Below are positions 50,451 to 60,014 of a DNA stretch of 64,000 nucleotides, in pieces; the stretch's first letter is position 1, and the number at the start of each line of letters is the position of its first letter. The notes under the pieces were generated by a model. That model made no database searches. It was not told where the DNA came from and saw only the letters and a list, made by a program, of their open reading frames with translations. Made by a program: the position numbers and the translations under genes. Source of the DNA: Colwellia polaris (GTDB lineage Archaea > Nanohalarchaeota > Nanosalinia > Nanosalinales > Nanosalinaceae); assembly GCA_047617785.1 (NCBI GenBank), contig JBLGBK010000002.1, positions 32,001-96,000 of the forward strand, read 5' to 3'.

Positions 50451-51155
50451 CTAATTTCTAATCATATTTCTGACCTTTGAAGACTCTTCAGATATCAACT
50501 GCTGAATCATATCCGCATCATTTCGGGCAATCGCCAACTCCAATTTCTTATCACGAGAATAAAGTTCGCCATCAAATCCGGACGCAGAGATCCTTTTATC
50601 ACGGGCTCTCACACAGTCATCTTCTATACTGCCGATTTCATCTACTAAAGCAGCCAGATCCTCTTGATAATTCATTTTCCGAAATACTCTGTGAACGTAC
50701 TTGGGATATCTTACTTCGTATCGGTCTCGAGAATAAGACTTGTAAGGAACATTAAGATCATCTAATAGTTGCTGGAAACGAGAGTAAAGACCAGAATCCC
50801 CGGTTATGTAGAACGGCACCTGTTTTTCGTTGACCTTAACAGATTCTTGAACCCTTGTTAGAAGTTCAGCGTTTTCAGGAATAGGAAATCTAGCTTCCCA
50901 TTCTTTACCACGCCCTTTTCCTTTAACAGACTTTATCTTAGATGGATTCTCTCCCATTAAACGCTTCACGAACTTTATCGGGAGAAAACCGCCTTTATTC
51001 TTCCAATTATACATTTTGGATGCGGAGAAATCAAAGGCCTCACTTAACTGTTTAACTCCGCCGAACTCATTGACCCTATGCCAGAGTTCATCAGTACCTT
51101 CTTCTGTGAGTTTGACACGAGTTTCTTCTGGCAAATCGGAAAAATCAATACTCAT
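50451..51155 (-). CDS. HTH protein with probable degenerate LAGLIDADG-like domain
   Basis: GGVKQLSEAFDFSASKMYNWKN HTH; colinear by-eye resemblance to the HTH/endonuclease part of the Hel308 intein. Confidence 0.55.
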   Translation of the reverse strand: MSIDFSDLPEETRVKLTEEGTDELWHRVNEFGGVKQLSEAFDFSASKMYNWKNKGGFLPIKFVKRLMGENPSKIKSVKGKGRGKEWEARFPIPENAELLTRVQESVKVNEKQVPFYITGDSGLYSRFQQLLDDLNVPYKSYSRDRYEVRYPKYVHRVFRKMNYQEDLAALVDEIGSIEDDCVRARDKRISASGFDGELYSRDKKLELAIARNDADMIQQLISEESSKVRNMIRN

Positions 51156-51225
51156 TTGTATTCAATTATGCAGAGGAGTTATTTAAGGGTTAGTAAAGGA
51201 CTACTGGAGTATTGGTGAAACAATA

Positions 51226-51531
51226 ATGGAACTAATCTACGCAGCACTAACACTTTCCGAAGCAGACAAAGAAATCAACGAAGACAACCTACAAGACATC
51301 GTAGACGCAGCAGGTCTAGATGTTGAAGATTCAGAAATCGCAGCACTAGTAGCAGCACTAGAAGACGTTGATATCGAAGAAGCAATGGAAACAGCAGTCG
51401 CTGGCGGCGCAGCACCAGCACCATCCGGAGATTCCGGAGCAGAAGAAGCTGACGAAGAAGAAGAGGAAGAAGAGGAAGAAGACGAAGCTGACGAAGAAGA
51501 AGCAGCTGAAGGACTAGGAAACATGTTCTAA
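51226..51531 (+). CDS. rpl12: 50S ribosomal stalk protein L12/P1
   Basis: MELIYAALTL, ALVAALEDVDI, acidic tail ending GLGNMF. Confidence 0.97.
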   Translation: MELIYAALTLSEADKEINEDNLQDIVDAAGLDVEDSEIAALVAALEDVDIEEAMETAVAGGAAPAPSGDSGAEEADEEEEEEEEEDEADEEEAAEGLGNMF

Positions 51532-51646
51532 AGTAGAGAGCAACCTGCTCTCGAAACCTTTTCTTCATCTATCCCTCTTTTCTCTAATTTTTTCTTGTAC
51601 ACCTAACTCACAGCAGATAAAAAAATAGGTCCGCAAACTCTGACCT

Positions 51647-54439
51647 ATGAAAGGCCTCGACCAACTCAAAGACGAAATACAGGAAGAAGCAAGCGACAAC
51701 CCTGAGAAATTCTTCGCAACAGACGTACTCAAAGAAAAAGGATTCCATCGAGGTCGGTGCAGCAACTGCGGACTATACTTCTGGAGCAACAATCCCGATA
51801 GAGAAATCTGCGGCGAACCAGAATGCGGTGACGGATACACATTCATCAACGATTCTCCGACAGACGTAGAACTGACACATACTGAAAGCTGGGAAATATT
51901 CCAGGACTTCATGCAGAAACGCGGATACACTTCAATCGACCGTTACCCTGTAGTCGCACGCTGGAGAGATGACGTCGAGTTCACAGAGGCAAGCATCTAC
52001 TGCTTCCAGCCATACGTAGTCAACGGAGAAGCAGAACCTCCAGCAGACGAACTAATCATACCACAGCCTTCTCTACGGTTCAACGACGTTGACAATGTAG
52101 GAATAACCGGCCGACACTACACCAACTTCACCATGATAGGTCAGGTATGCTTCCAGCCACCAGAAAAATACGATCAAGACAGGTACTTCCGAGACATGTT
52201 CGAATTTGCAGTTGAAGAGTTAGGAATTCCTGAAGAAAAACTTATACTGCACGAAGACAGCTGGGGCGGGGGAGGAAACCTCGGAGCATGCATGGAGTTC
52301 TTCGTCGATGGGCTCGAACTCTGGAACCAGGTCTACATGTTCTACAAACAGACTCCAAACGGCTACGAGGACCTCGACCTCAAAGTACTAGACATGGGAA
52401 TGGGACACGAAAGAATCACCTGGATCTCCCGAGGAACAGAAACTTCCTACGAATCAGTCATGCCGGAAACGCTGGAAAAAATGAAGAAGCAGACCGGACT
52501 CGAAATAGATCAAGAAGTCTGGGAGAAGTTCCTTCCCCACAGCAGCGAACTAAACATCGACGAAGTAGAAGATATCGACGAGAAATGGAAGGAAGTTGCT
52601 GAGAAAATCGATAAAGACGTGGACGATTTAAAAGATGCTATCAAGCCGGCAGCAGCACTATACAGCATTGCAGAACACAGTCGCGCACTTATATTCGCAT
52701 TAGCTGATGGAAAAATACCAAGCAACACCGGAGGCGGCTACAACCTCCGAATGATCTACCGGAGAGCCAAAGATTTCATCCAGAAATACGACTGGGATCT
52801 AGACATGAAAAAAGTCGCTAGATGGAACGCTGAAGAACTGGAACCGATGTTCCCAGAGCTTCTAGCATCTATGGATGAAATTGAGGAGGTATTGGAAGTT
52901 GAAGCGGAGAAATACGAGAAAGCACGTGAAAAGGCACGTGAAAAACTGGAAGAGTTCGACGAGCAACCGTCAATGGAAAAACTGACGGAACTTTACGAAA
53001 GTCACGGCGTTTCTCCAGAGATGATGGAAGAGCACGGCTTTGAAGTACCTGAAGATTTCTACACCCGGCTCGGACAGGAGGAAGAAACAGTTAAAGCTGC
53101 AGAGGAAGGCTTTGGCATTGGAGATATTCCGGATACAGAGAAACTTTACTACGACGAACGTGAGCCATACCGCCAGGAAGATGGATCTACCGATCACTTC
53201 AACTTCAAGGCCAAGATACTGAAGATAATAGACGAGGAATGGATTGTTCTTGACAAGACGATGTTCTACCCACAAGGAGGAGGACAGCGGTACGATATCG
53301 GAAAACTGAACGGCTGCCAAGTTGAAGAAGTGCAAAAACAGGGAAACGTTGTACTCCACAGACTACCAGAACATGTTCTTGAAGAAGGGCAGCGCATAAA
53401 GGGAGTCGTCAACGGCAAGAAGAGAAAACAGTTAACCCAGCACCACTCGACGACCCACATGGTGAACGCTGCAGCCCGCGAAGAACTCGGCGAACATATC
53501 TATCAGGCCGGAGCAAACAAGACACTCGAAAAAGCCCGGCTTGACATCACTCACTACGAGAAACCAGATAGAGAGACACTTGACGAGATCGAGGCACGAG
53601 TAAAGAAAATGATAGAAGAAGATCACACTATTGAAGTCCTAGAGATGCCGAAATCCAAGGCAGAACAGGAGTACGGCTTCAGGATCTACCAGGGCGGCGC
53701 ACCACCAGGCAACACAATAAGACTGATCGATATTGAAGATATAGATATCGAAGCATGCGGCGGAACACACCTGACACAAACCTCACACGCAGAAGAGTTC
53801 TACATTACAGGTTGTAAAAGAATTCAGGACGGCGTTGCCCGACTTGAATACAAAGCAGGAGAAGCAGCTGAAAAACACATAAAAGAAATCAACAAGAGAA
53901 TGGAAGAGTCTGCAGAAATACTAAAAACTTCTCTGAAGACAGATCCTCGACTAGCTCAGAGGGAACTATGCAAAGAGTTCTCAGTAGAACCTGAACAGCT
54001 ACTCGATACACTAAAGAGATTCCAAGATGAACTAGACGAATTCAGAGACAAGATTCAGAAACTATCCGACTTCCTAGATAAGAAAAGCACGCTGGAAGAG
54101 ATAGAAGGTGATAAAGTAGTTGACAAGGCTCGGAAAGTCTTCCAGAATAGAAAAGAAAGAGAAAAAACTGTGGAAAATCTAGAATCAGAGATAGAAGGGT
54201 TTGTGGAGAAAGAGTTAGAAGATAAAAACGATCTGAAGCTAGAAATCCCTACAGAAAACATTGGACTGTTAATCCAAGTTGTTCAGAAGCTTTCATCAAA
54301 GCACTCAGCCAGAATAACTTTGATAGGCGATAAAGGCGGCGTCAGTGCTTCAGGCAATAATCTTGACGCTCGAGAACCTCTTGAAGAACACTTTGAGAAC
54401 GCGCAGGGAGACGAAGGGTTTGCAAAGGCATTTAACTGA
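51647..54439 (+). CDS. alaS: Alanyl-tRNA synthetase (archaeal type)
   Basis: RYPVVARWRDD, NVGITGRH, DMGMGHER, FYPQGGGQ, editing HSTTH, EACGGTH. Confidence 0.97.
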   Translation: MKGLDQLKDEIQEEASDNPEKFFATDVLKEKGFHRGRCSNCGLYFWSNNPDREICGEPECGDGYTFINDSPTDVELTHTESWEIFQDFMQKRGYTSIDRYPVVARWRDDVEFTEASIYCFQPYVVNGEAEPPADELIIPQPSLRFNDVDNVGITGRHYTNFTMIGQVCFQPPEKYDQDRYFRDMFEFAVEELGIPEEKLILHEDSWGGGGNLGACMEFFVDGLELWNQVYMFYKQTPNGYEDLDLKVLDMGMGHERITWISRGTETSYESVMPETLEKMKKQTGLEIDQEVWEKFLPHSSELNIDEVEDIDEKWKEVAEKIDKDVDDLKDAIKPAAALYSIAEHSRALIFALADGKIPSNTGGGYNLRMIYRRAKDFIQKYDWDLDMKKVARWNAEELEPMFPELLASMDEIEEVLEVEAEKYEKAREKAREKLEEFDEQPSMEKLTELYESHGVSPEMMEEHGFEVPEDFYTRLGQEEETVKAAEEGFGIGDIPDTEKLYYDEREPYRQEDGSTDHFNFKAKILKIIDEEWIVLDKTMFYPQGGGQRYDIGKLNGCQVEEVQKQGNVVLHRLPEHVLEEGQRIKGVVNGKKRKQLTQHHSTTHMVNAAAREELGEHIYQAGANKTLEKARLDITHYEKPDRETLDEIEARVKKMIEEDHTIEVLEMPKSKAEQEYGFRIYQGGAPPGNTIRLIDIEDIDIEACGGTHLTQTSHAEEFYITGCKRIQDGVARLEYKAGEAAEKHIKEINKRMEESAEILKTSLKTDPRLAQRELCKEFSVEPEQLLDTLKRFQDELDEFRDKIQKLSDFLDKKSTLEEIEGDKVVDKARKVFQNRKEREKTVENLESEIEGFVEKELEDKNDLKLEIPTENIGLLIQVVQKLSSKHSARITLIGDKGGVSASGNNLDAREPLEEHFENAQGDEGFAKAFN

Positions 54440-54486
54440 TTATAGGCTCCTAGAACAATATGTGGAAGTAAGAAGTGTCCCTAGAT

Positions 54487-55038
54487 TTAAACACAGGTGT
54501 TCAATGTAGCATCGTTTGGATACTCTATAATTACCTGACAGATTGACTCTGTTAACTGATTTGTATCAATAGATGTTACATTCTCAAATGTCTGTATACG
54601 CGGGCTTCCCTGCCGAGTTACTCCTCCATTAACTATTATTGCAGGATAATCAGAGATACCTGCTGAGTTAAGCAGCCGGCCTGAGTCGCTGTCAGTAAGT
54701 TCTACATAGGTTACATTTCCGAATATCTCATTTAGCTGTTTGAGACCTGTCAGAAGTTGCTTCTGACTTTCATTACCCGAGTCATAGTAGCCAGTAATGA
54801 ATACCTTTGATTCCGTAACTGCCAAATACATTTTCTCGTTATCCGAGAGGTTGTAGCCTGTTGAAGAGTAATGACTGTCAGGAAGTTCTGCATCCATTTC
54901 GTCACCGTTATCCGGAGAGGTCGGCGTCTGTATCAGACTAGACATTGAGGCCATACCTCCGAATGTAAATCCTGCAGCCATAATAAGTCCGAAGAAAACC
55001 ACTCCGTAACGTTTCAGATCAGATTTTGATACGTCCAT
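54487..55038 (-). CDS. Membrane-anchored hypothetical protein (possible thioredoxin-like fold lacking CxxC)
   Basis: N-terminal TM YGVVFFGLIMAAGFTFGGM; GISDYPAIIVNG; two C-terminal Cys. Confidence 0.55.
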   Translation of the reverse strand: MDVSKSDLKRYGVVFFGLIMAAGFTFGGMASMSSLIQTPTSPDNGDEMDAELPDSHYSSTGYNLSDNEKMYLAVTESKVFITGYYDSGNESQKQLLTGLKQLNEIFGNVTYVELTDSDSGRLLNSAGISDYPAIIVNGGVTRQGSPRIQTFENVTSIDTNQLTESICQVIIEYPNDATLNTCV

Positions 55039-55126
55039 ACACAAACATTATGGATGGTGAAATATTAAAGAAGTACCTATAAACACAGGGATATTTCTAA
55101 AAGAGTGTAGAAGATTATTGACTCAT

Positions 55127-55528
55127 ATGATAATAGGCGTCAACATAGATTCTATCGATGCAAACAAAAAAGCGGCAACACAGGGAAACGTACAGGTAAA
55201 CTACCAGCCTGAAATCAAGAATGTTGAAGAAGCAACAGTCAACGCATTCGACGAAAAAGTCGCAAGAATAGAATTCGAGTTCGGAGTAGTTTACAACTCT
55301 AACAACCAAGAAGCAGCTCGAATCGACATGGGAGGAAACGTCATCTGGAAAGGAGGACTTGAAGAAATACTAGAACAGTGGGAAGAAGACGAGTCACTAC
55401 CAGAAGAAATGGAAGTACAGCTGATGAACGAACTTTACAGAAAACTTCTCTCAGAGGCTGTAGGCGTAGCAAACACGCTCAATCTTCTGCCGCCAATTCC
55501 AACGCCAAAAGTCGAGAAACCGCAATAA
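55127..55528 (+). CDS. SecB-like chaperone-fold protein
   Basis: Four-strand pattern followed by a helix and C-terminal NTLNLLPPIPTP; ATG at 55127. Confidence 0.55.
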   Translation: MIIGVNIDSIDANKKAATQGNVQVNYQPEIKNVEEATVNAFDEKVARIEFEFGVVYNSNNQEAARIDMGGNVIWKGGLEEILEQWEEDESLPEEMEVQLMNELYRKLLSEAVGVANTLNLLPPIPTPKVEKPQ

Positions 55529-55550
55529 AAAAGCGGCGCTCTCTTTTCCT

Positions 55551-55763
55551 CTATTCTCTTTTAACGCCTGCTAGACGCATCTGAGTTCCTAAAGCCTCTT
55601 TAGTATAAGTAAAAACTTTTCCATCTCGTTCAAGTATGTTGAGACAGCGATGCACATCATTTTGTGGCCATCCGAGCTCCCTGGATAGATGTGCAGCCGA
55701 AGGTTTGTTTCCCTCATCAACTACTTCCCGTATCTTTTCATGTAGTTCTTCCTGCCGGCTCAT
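55551..55763 (-). CDS. Small winged-helix DNA-binding protein
   Basis: SAAHLSRELGWPQNDVHRCLNILERDGKV; ATG at 55763. Confidence 0.7.
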   Translation of the reverse strand: MSRQEELHEKIREVVDEGNKPSAAHLSRELGWPQNDVHRCLNILERDGKVFTYTKEALGTQMRLAGVKRE

Positions 55764-55805
55764 AACATAGGTTTTATGTCGCACCGACAAAAAGACTTCT
55801 GTTAT

Positions 55806-56018
55806 ATGAAAAGTGAGGAAACAGAGGAAGCTGAAGAGATAATCAACCAGCTCGAACATGATATCAAAGAGGTAGAGAACGAGTTTGATGAGGCCAAGAA
55901 AGAGGACGCCGATCCTGAAACATTAGAGAAACAGGAGAAAGCGGAGAAGCTTATACAGCAGATTGAAGGCCAGTTAGACTATCTCAAGCAACACATGAAT
56001 GATGAGGAAAAGGAATAA
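55806..56018 (+). CDS. Small acidic coiled-coil protein
   Basis: ATG at 55806, heptad-like acidic sequence upstream of hsp20. Confidence 0.6.
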   Translation: MKSEETEEAEEIINQLEHDIKEVENEFDEAKKEDADPETLEKQEKAEKLIQQIEGQLDYLKQHMNDEEKE

Positions 56019-56056
56019 AAGATTTTATAGACATAAACAAAACAGGTGTATCAACC

Positions 56057-56473
56057 ATGAGAAGACTAAACCGACGCGACGGCCTGGACGACATATTTGA
56101 ACAAATGCAAAGATTTGCTGAAGGCGTTCAGGAAAAAGGCATGAGCCTGGCAGAAAGTGGAATCCCTGTAGATATACAGGAGGACGATGAAGAAATAAAG
56201 ATCACAGCAGACCTTCCCGGAGTACAGAAAGAAGACATCAATCTGAAAGCTGACGAAGATGGAATAAGCATCACAGCCGAACACGAAGCAGAGATTGAGG
56301 AAGAGAACGAGAAATACGTACGACGTGAAAGAAGCAGAAAGACGTATCAGAGAACTGTTCGATGGCCTGCAGAAGTAAATCCAGAATCAATCACCGCAAA
56401 CTACGAAAACGGCGTACTGAAGATCACAGCTGAAAAAGTAGAATCAGAAGGCCACAACATCGATATAGAATAA
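56057..56473 (+). CDS. hsp20: Hsp20 small heat-shock protein
   Basis: ADLPGVQKEDI, YVRRER, ANYENGVLKI. Confidence 0.95.
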   Translation: MRRLNRRDGLDDIFEQMQRFAEGVQEKGMSLAESGIPVDIQEDDEEIKITADLPGVQKEDINLKADEDGISITAEHEAEIEEENEKYVRRERSRKTYQRTVRWPAEVNPESITANYENGVLKITAEKVESEGHNIDIE

Positions 56474-56539
56474 TTTCTTGCACCACCCCTCTTTCCTTTC
56501 TACATTTTATTTTAAACTGTCTTCCCTAATCTACCACAT

Positions 56540-57052
56540 ATGAAAGCGTTCAAACAGACACGAGCAGAAATGTCAGAGTTCGCAGACTTCATAGAATCAG
56601 ATATAGAAAACGTCCAGCGCGTTCTTGAAGCAGTTGAAGAAGCAGACATCGAAGTCGAATTCATGGTTCATGCCAAATCAGAGACTGTGAAAGAATCAGC
56701 CGAGAACACAGACGTTAACGAAGCAGAAATAGTGAAAACACTGATCTTCATAGCAGATAAACCTGTCGCAGTTCTCTGTTCCGGCGACAAAAGAGTATCA
56801 GAAGACAAACTAGAGAAGATTACCGATTCAGAAGTACGGATGGCAAAACCAGACGAAGTGAAGGATAAGACAGGATACATAATTGGCGGAGTATCACCTT
56901 TCGACCTCGACATCAAGACCTTCATAGAAGAAGATCTTATGGATAGAGAAGAGGTAAAACCTGCTGCAGGATCACGCGTAGTCGGCGTCACACTTGACCC
57001 GGAAGATCTGAAAGAGGTTGCGGGTGCAGAAACTGCAGATGTGGCGGAATAG
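56540..57052 (+). CDS. YbaK/ProX aminoacyl-tRNA deacylase family protein
   Basis: IVKTLI, TGYIIGGVSPF. Confidence 0.9.
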   Translation: MKAFKQTRAEMSEFADFIESDIENVQRVLEAVEEADIEVEFMVHAKSETVKESAENTDVNEAEIVKTLIFIADKPVAVLCSGDKRVSEDKLEKITDSEVRMAKPDEVKDKTGYIIGGVSPFDLDIKTFIEEDLMDREEVKPAAGSRVVGVTLDPEDLKEVAGAETADVAE

Positions 57053-57112
57053 ATAAACCTCAGCGGCGATTTTTCACAACAATTTTAACACTTCAGACCG
57101 GTATTCTAAGAC

Positions 57113-58138
57113 ATGGACATCGAAGAACGCAAGCAGCTTGTTCTACGTAATACAGAGGAAATTATACAGGAAGAAGAACTGGAAGACATACTTGAAGAAA
57201 AAGACGAGCCACGAACTTACGTCGGCTATGAAACATCTGGTCCAGCACATCTAGGGCACTGGATATCATTCCGAAAACTTATGGACGCACAGAAAGCCGG
57301 CTTCCAGCCAGTAGTACTCTGGGCAGACCTTCACACCTTCCTAAACAAGAAAGGAGAAGAGAGCTGGATCCAGGACATGACAGATTACTGGCAGGCAACA
57401 TTCGAAGCACTAGGTCTAGACGCGGAATACGTACATGGCCGAGACTTCCAGGAGAAAACAGAATACTTCCACGACGTTCTCCAGATGTCCTCAGAAACAA
57501 CAATTCCGCGTGGAGAAAGATCAATGGGAGAAGTAGCATCTGATCAGGAAAGCCCATACATCTCACAGGTCGTATACCCACTAATGCAAGCGCTTGATAT
57601 CGTATACCTTGATCTGGACATGGCTATCGGAGGAATCGACCAAAGAAAAATCCACATGCTTGCACGAGAACAACTACCTAAGCTAGGGTATGAGAAGCCA
57701 ACATGCTTACATTACCCAATGCTTCCCTCCCTAAGTGGTAGCGGCGACAAGATGAGTTCCAGCAAGAAGAACACAATGTTCCCTCTGCACGCCGACCCAA
57801 GCAGAATTAGAGAAACAGTTAAAGACGCATACTGTCCACAGGGCGAGACAGAGGACAACCCTGTGACAGAGATCGCACGATTCTTCATCTTTGGAGCAGA
57901 CCGAAAACTGGAGATCGAACGACCTGAGAAGTACGGAGGCGATGTAAGCTACGAAACAATCGAAGAACTCGAAGAAGACTTCAAATCCGAAGAACTACAT
58001 CCGCAAGACCTGAAGAACGCAGTAGCAGAAGAACTGGTGGAAAGACTTGAACCAGTAAGAGAGAAGTTCAATGAAGAACCAGAACTACTGGAACCACTGC
58101 GAGAAATCGGACACGAAGATCCAGACTACCTGCAGTAA
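57113..58138 (+). CDS. tyrS: Tyrosyl-tRNA synthetase (archaeal type)
   Basis: YVGYETSG, HLGH, YPLMQALD, GGIDQRK, KMSSSK, LHPQDLK. Confidence 0.97.
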   Translation: MDIEERKQLVLRNTEEIIQEEELEDILEEKDEPRTYVGYETSGPAHLGHWISFRKLMDAQKAGFQPVVLWADLHTFLNKKGEESWIQDMTDYWQATFEALGLDAEYVHGRDFQEKTEYFHDVLQMSSETTIPRGERSMGEVASDQESPYISQVVYPLMQALDIVYLDLDMAIGGIDQRKIHMLAREQLPKLGYEKPTCLHYPMLPSLSGSGDKMSSSKKNTMFPLHADPSRIRETVKDAYCPQGETEDNPVTEIARFFIFGADRKLEIERPEKYGGDVSYETIEELEEDFKSEELHPQDLKNAVAEELVERLEPVREKFNEEPELLEPLREIGHEDPDYLQ

Positions 58139-58173
58139 CAGATTTACCTAACATCCCTCTCTTCTTTTTCCAT

Positions 58174-58557
58174 ATGAAGTTTGAAATTTACGATACATAA
58201 ATAGGCTTAGACGACTTTTTGATACTAGAGAGAGCCGATGATATCCAAATACAGCTTGAAGAATAATTTTTCAGGAGAGCGAAAACAATTCAACCGTGAT
58301 ATAGGTTTTTCAGACGGATTCCGCGACGAAGTTATCAGGAGATAGCTCAGATACCATGCGACAAGACCAAGACTTACGGAGAACTCGCAGAAAAACTAGA
58401 TTCTGCATCGGTTGCTGTTGGACAGCCCTGCGGCCAGAATCCGCTACCTGTTATTGTCCCTTGTCATCGTATTGTTGGAAAAGATTCTATAGGCGGTTAC
58501 ATCTATGGCGAAAACATGAAGAGAAAGCTGCTAGAGTTGGAGTCGGCAGATTTTTAA
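58174..58557 (+). pseudogene. ogt: Disrupted O6-methylguanine-DNA methyltransferase
   Basis: ATG at 58174, in-frame TAA at 58198 and 58264, frameshifted middle (SGERKQF...FRDEV), intact C-terminal half TYGELAEKLDS..AVGQPCGQNPLPVIVPCHRIVG...KRKLLELE* with PCHR at 58459-58470. Confidence 0.88.
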
Positions 58558-58698
58558 AAATCTCTGTGTTAAACTTTGTCACCAATGAAAGGTGGACGTT
58601 TTTCTCACCGACCCCGTTTTGCAACTTACCAGGCTTGATGAGAGCCTTTTCTATCCAAAACCTGTTCTAAATAAACGTTTCTTCCACAGTGATGTCTT

Positions 58699-59967
58699 AT
58701 GCTAGATATAGAGCTATTCCGAGAGAATCCTGAAAAGATCAAGAAGAGTGAAGAACGCCGTGAAAAAGATTCTGAGAAAGTAGACAAAGTAGTTGAACTC
58801 GACAGAGAGTGGCGCGAAAGGCTTCAGAAACTGGAAGATTTAAGGGCTAAAAGTAACCGCGTAGGCGATGAAATCGCTGAAGCCAAGCAGAATGGTGAAG
58901 ACGCAGAAGAAAAGATTCAAGAGATGCAGAAAGTCAAGGAAAAGATCTCAGAACTGGAAGACAAAGTCGAAGACCTAAAAGAGGGAAGAGATGACCTCAG
59001 GTTCGAGATCGGCAACATTCTACATGAAAGCGTTCCTCAAGGAGAAGATGAGGAAGACAACAAGGAGATCAAGACCTGGGAACCCGAAGACGGCAAAGCA
59101 GACGATAATCGTCTTGCAGCAGACATAATTCAAGAAAACAATCTGATTCACAGCGAGAAAGCAGCTGAAATCTCAGGAGAACGCGCATACTATCTGAAAG
59201 GAGATCTCTTCAGACTGAACCAAGCACTAATCCAGTTCTCGATGGATATTCTAGAAGATAAAGGATTTACGCCTATGCAGACCCCTTACATGTTGAATCA
59301 TGAAGCTATGAGTTCAGCAGCAGAGCTTGAGGACTTTGAGGAGCAACTTTACAAGATTGAAGATGAAGACAAGTATCTGATCGCTACCTCTGAACAGACA
59401 CTGGCTACTCTGCATAAAGACGATATAATGCTTCCGGAAGAGTTCCCTAAGAAGTACGCAGGATTTTCAACCAACTTCAGACAGGAAGCAGGCAAGCACG
59501 GTCAGCAGACAAGAGGTATCTGGAGAGTGCACCAGTTCGAGAAGGTAGAGCAGTATATCTTCGCGAAGCCAGAGAACAGCTGGTCTTATCATGAAGAATT
59601 GCTTGAAAACTCAGAAGAAGTAATGCAGAAACTGAATCTCCCTTACCGCGTAGTTAACGTGTGTACCGGCGATATGAACGACAACGCAGCCAAAAAGTAC
59701 GATGTTGAAGTATGGAGACCTCCACTAGGAGAGTACGGTGAAGTTGTCTCATGTAGTAACTGCACAGATTTCCAGGCACGGAAAGTGAATGTCAGAATCA
59801 GAAATGGGGACGGTAACCAGATAGCACACACATTAAACGCTACTGCATGCGCAACTTCACGAATCATGACTGCGATTATCGAGAACAATCAGACTGAAAA
59901 CGGGGTCAAAGTTCCTGAAGAACTCCAAAACTACATGGGCGGGAAGAAATACCTAGACCTTACTTAG
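58699..59967 (+). CDS. serS: Seryl-tRNA synthetase
   Basis: N-terminal coiled coil, LIATSEQ, FRQEAG, RVHQFEKVE, EVVSCSNCTDFQAR, HTLNAT. Confidence 0.97.
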   Translation: MLDIELFRENPEKIKKSEERREKDSEKVDKVVELDREWRERLQKLEDLRAKSNRVGDEIAEAKQNGEDAEEKIQEMQKVKEKISELEDKVEDLKEGRDDLRFEIGNILHESVPQGEDEEDNKEIKTWEPEDGKADDNRLAADIIQENNLIHSEKAAEISGERAYYLKGDLFRLNQALIQFSMDILEDKGFTPMQTPYMLNHEAMSSAAELEDFEEQLYKIEDEDKYLIATSEQTLATLHKDDIMLPEEFPKKYAGFSTNFRQEAGKHGQQTRGIWRVHQFEKVEQYIFAKPENSWSYHEELLENSEEVMQKLNLPYRVVNVCTGDMNDNAAKKYDVEVWRPPLGEYGEVVSCSNCTDFQARKVNVRIRNGDGNQIAHTLNATACATSRIMTAIIENNQTENGVKVPEELQNYMGGKKYLDLT

Positions 59968-60014
59968 TTGTCACTAGGCAGTAACTATTTATCTTTTATT
60001 CTTTCAACAGATTA

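Noticed and set aside
51440-51510. GAAGAAGAG low-complexity repeat
   Set aside because: Normal acidic tail of ribosomal protein L12/P1.
58174-58340. Stop-codon recoding or programmed frameshift in ogt
   Set aside because: Would need multiple TAA read-throughs and two shifts, and TAA is a common true stop in this window.
58356-58670. 104-aa Cys/Arg-rich ORF
   Set aside because: Off-frame overlap of the ogt remnant.
58558-58698. Possible ncRNA or gene remnant before serS
   Set aside because: Only short weak stems and no recognisable motif on either strand.
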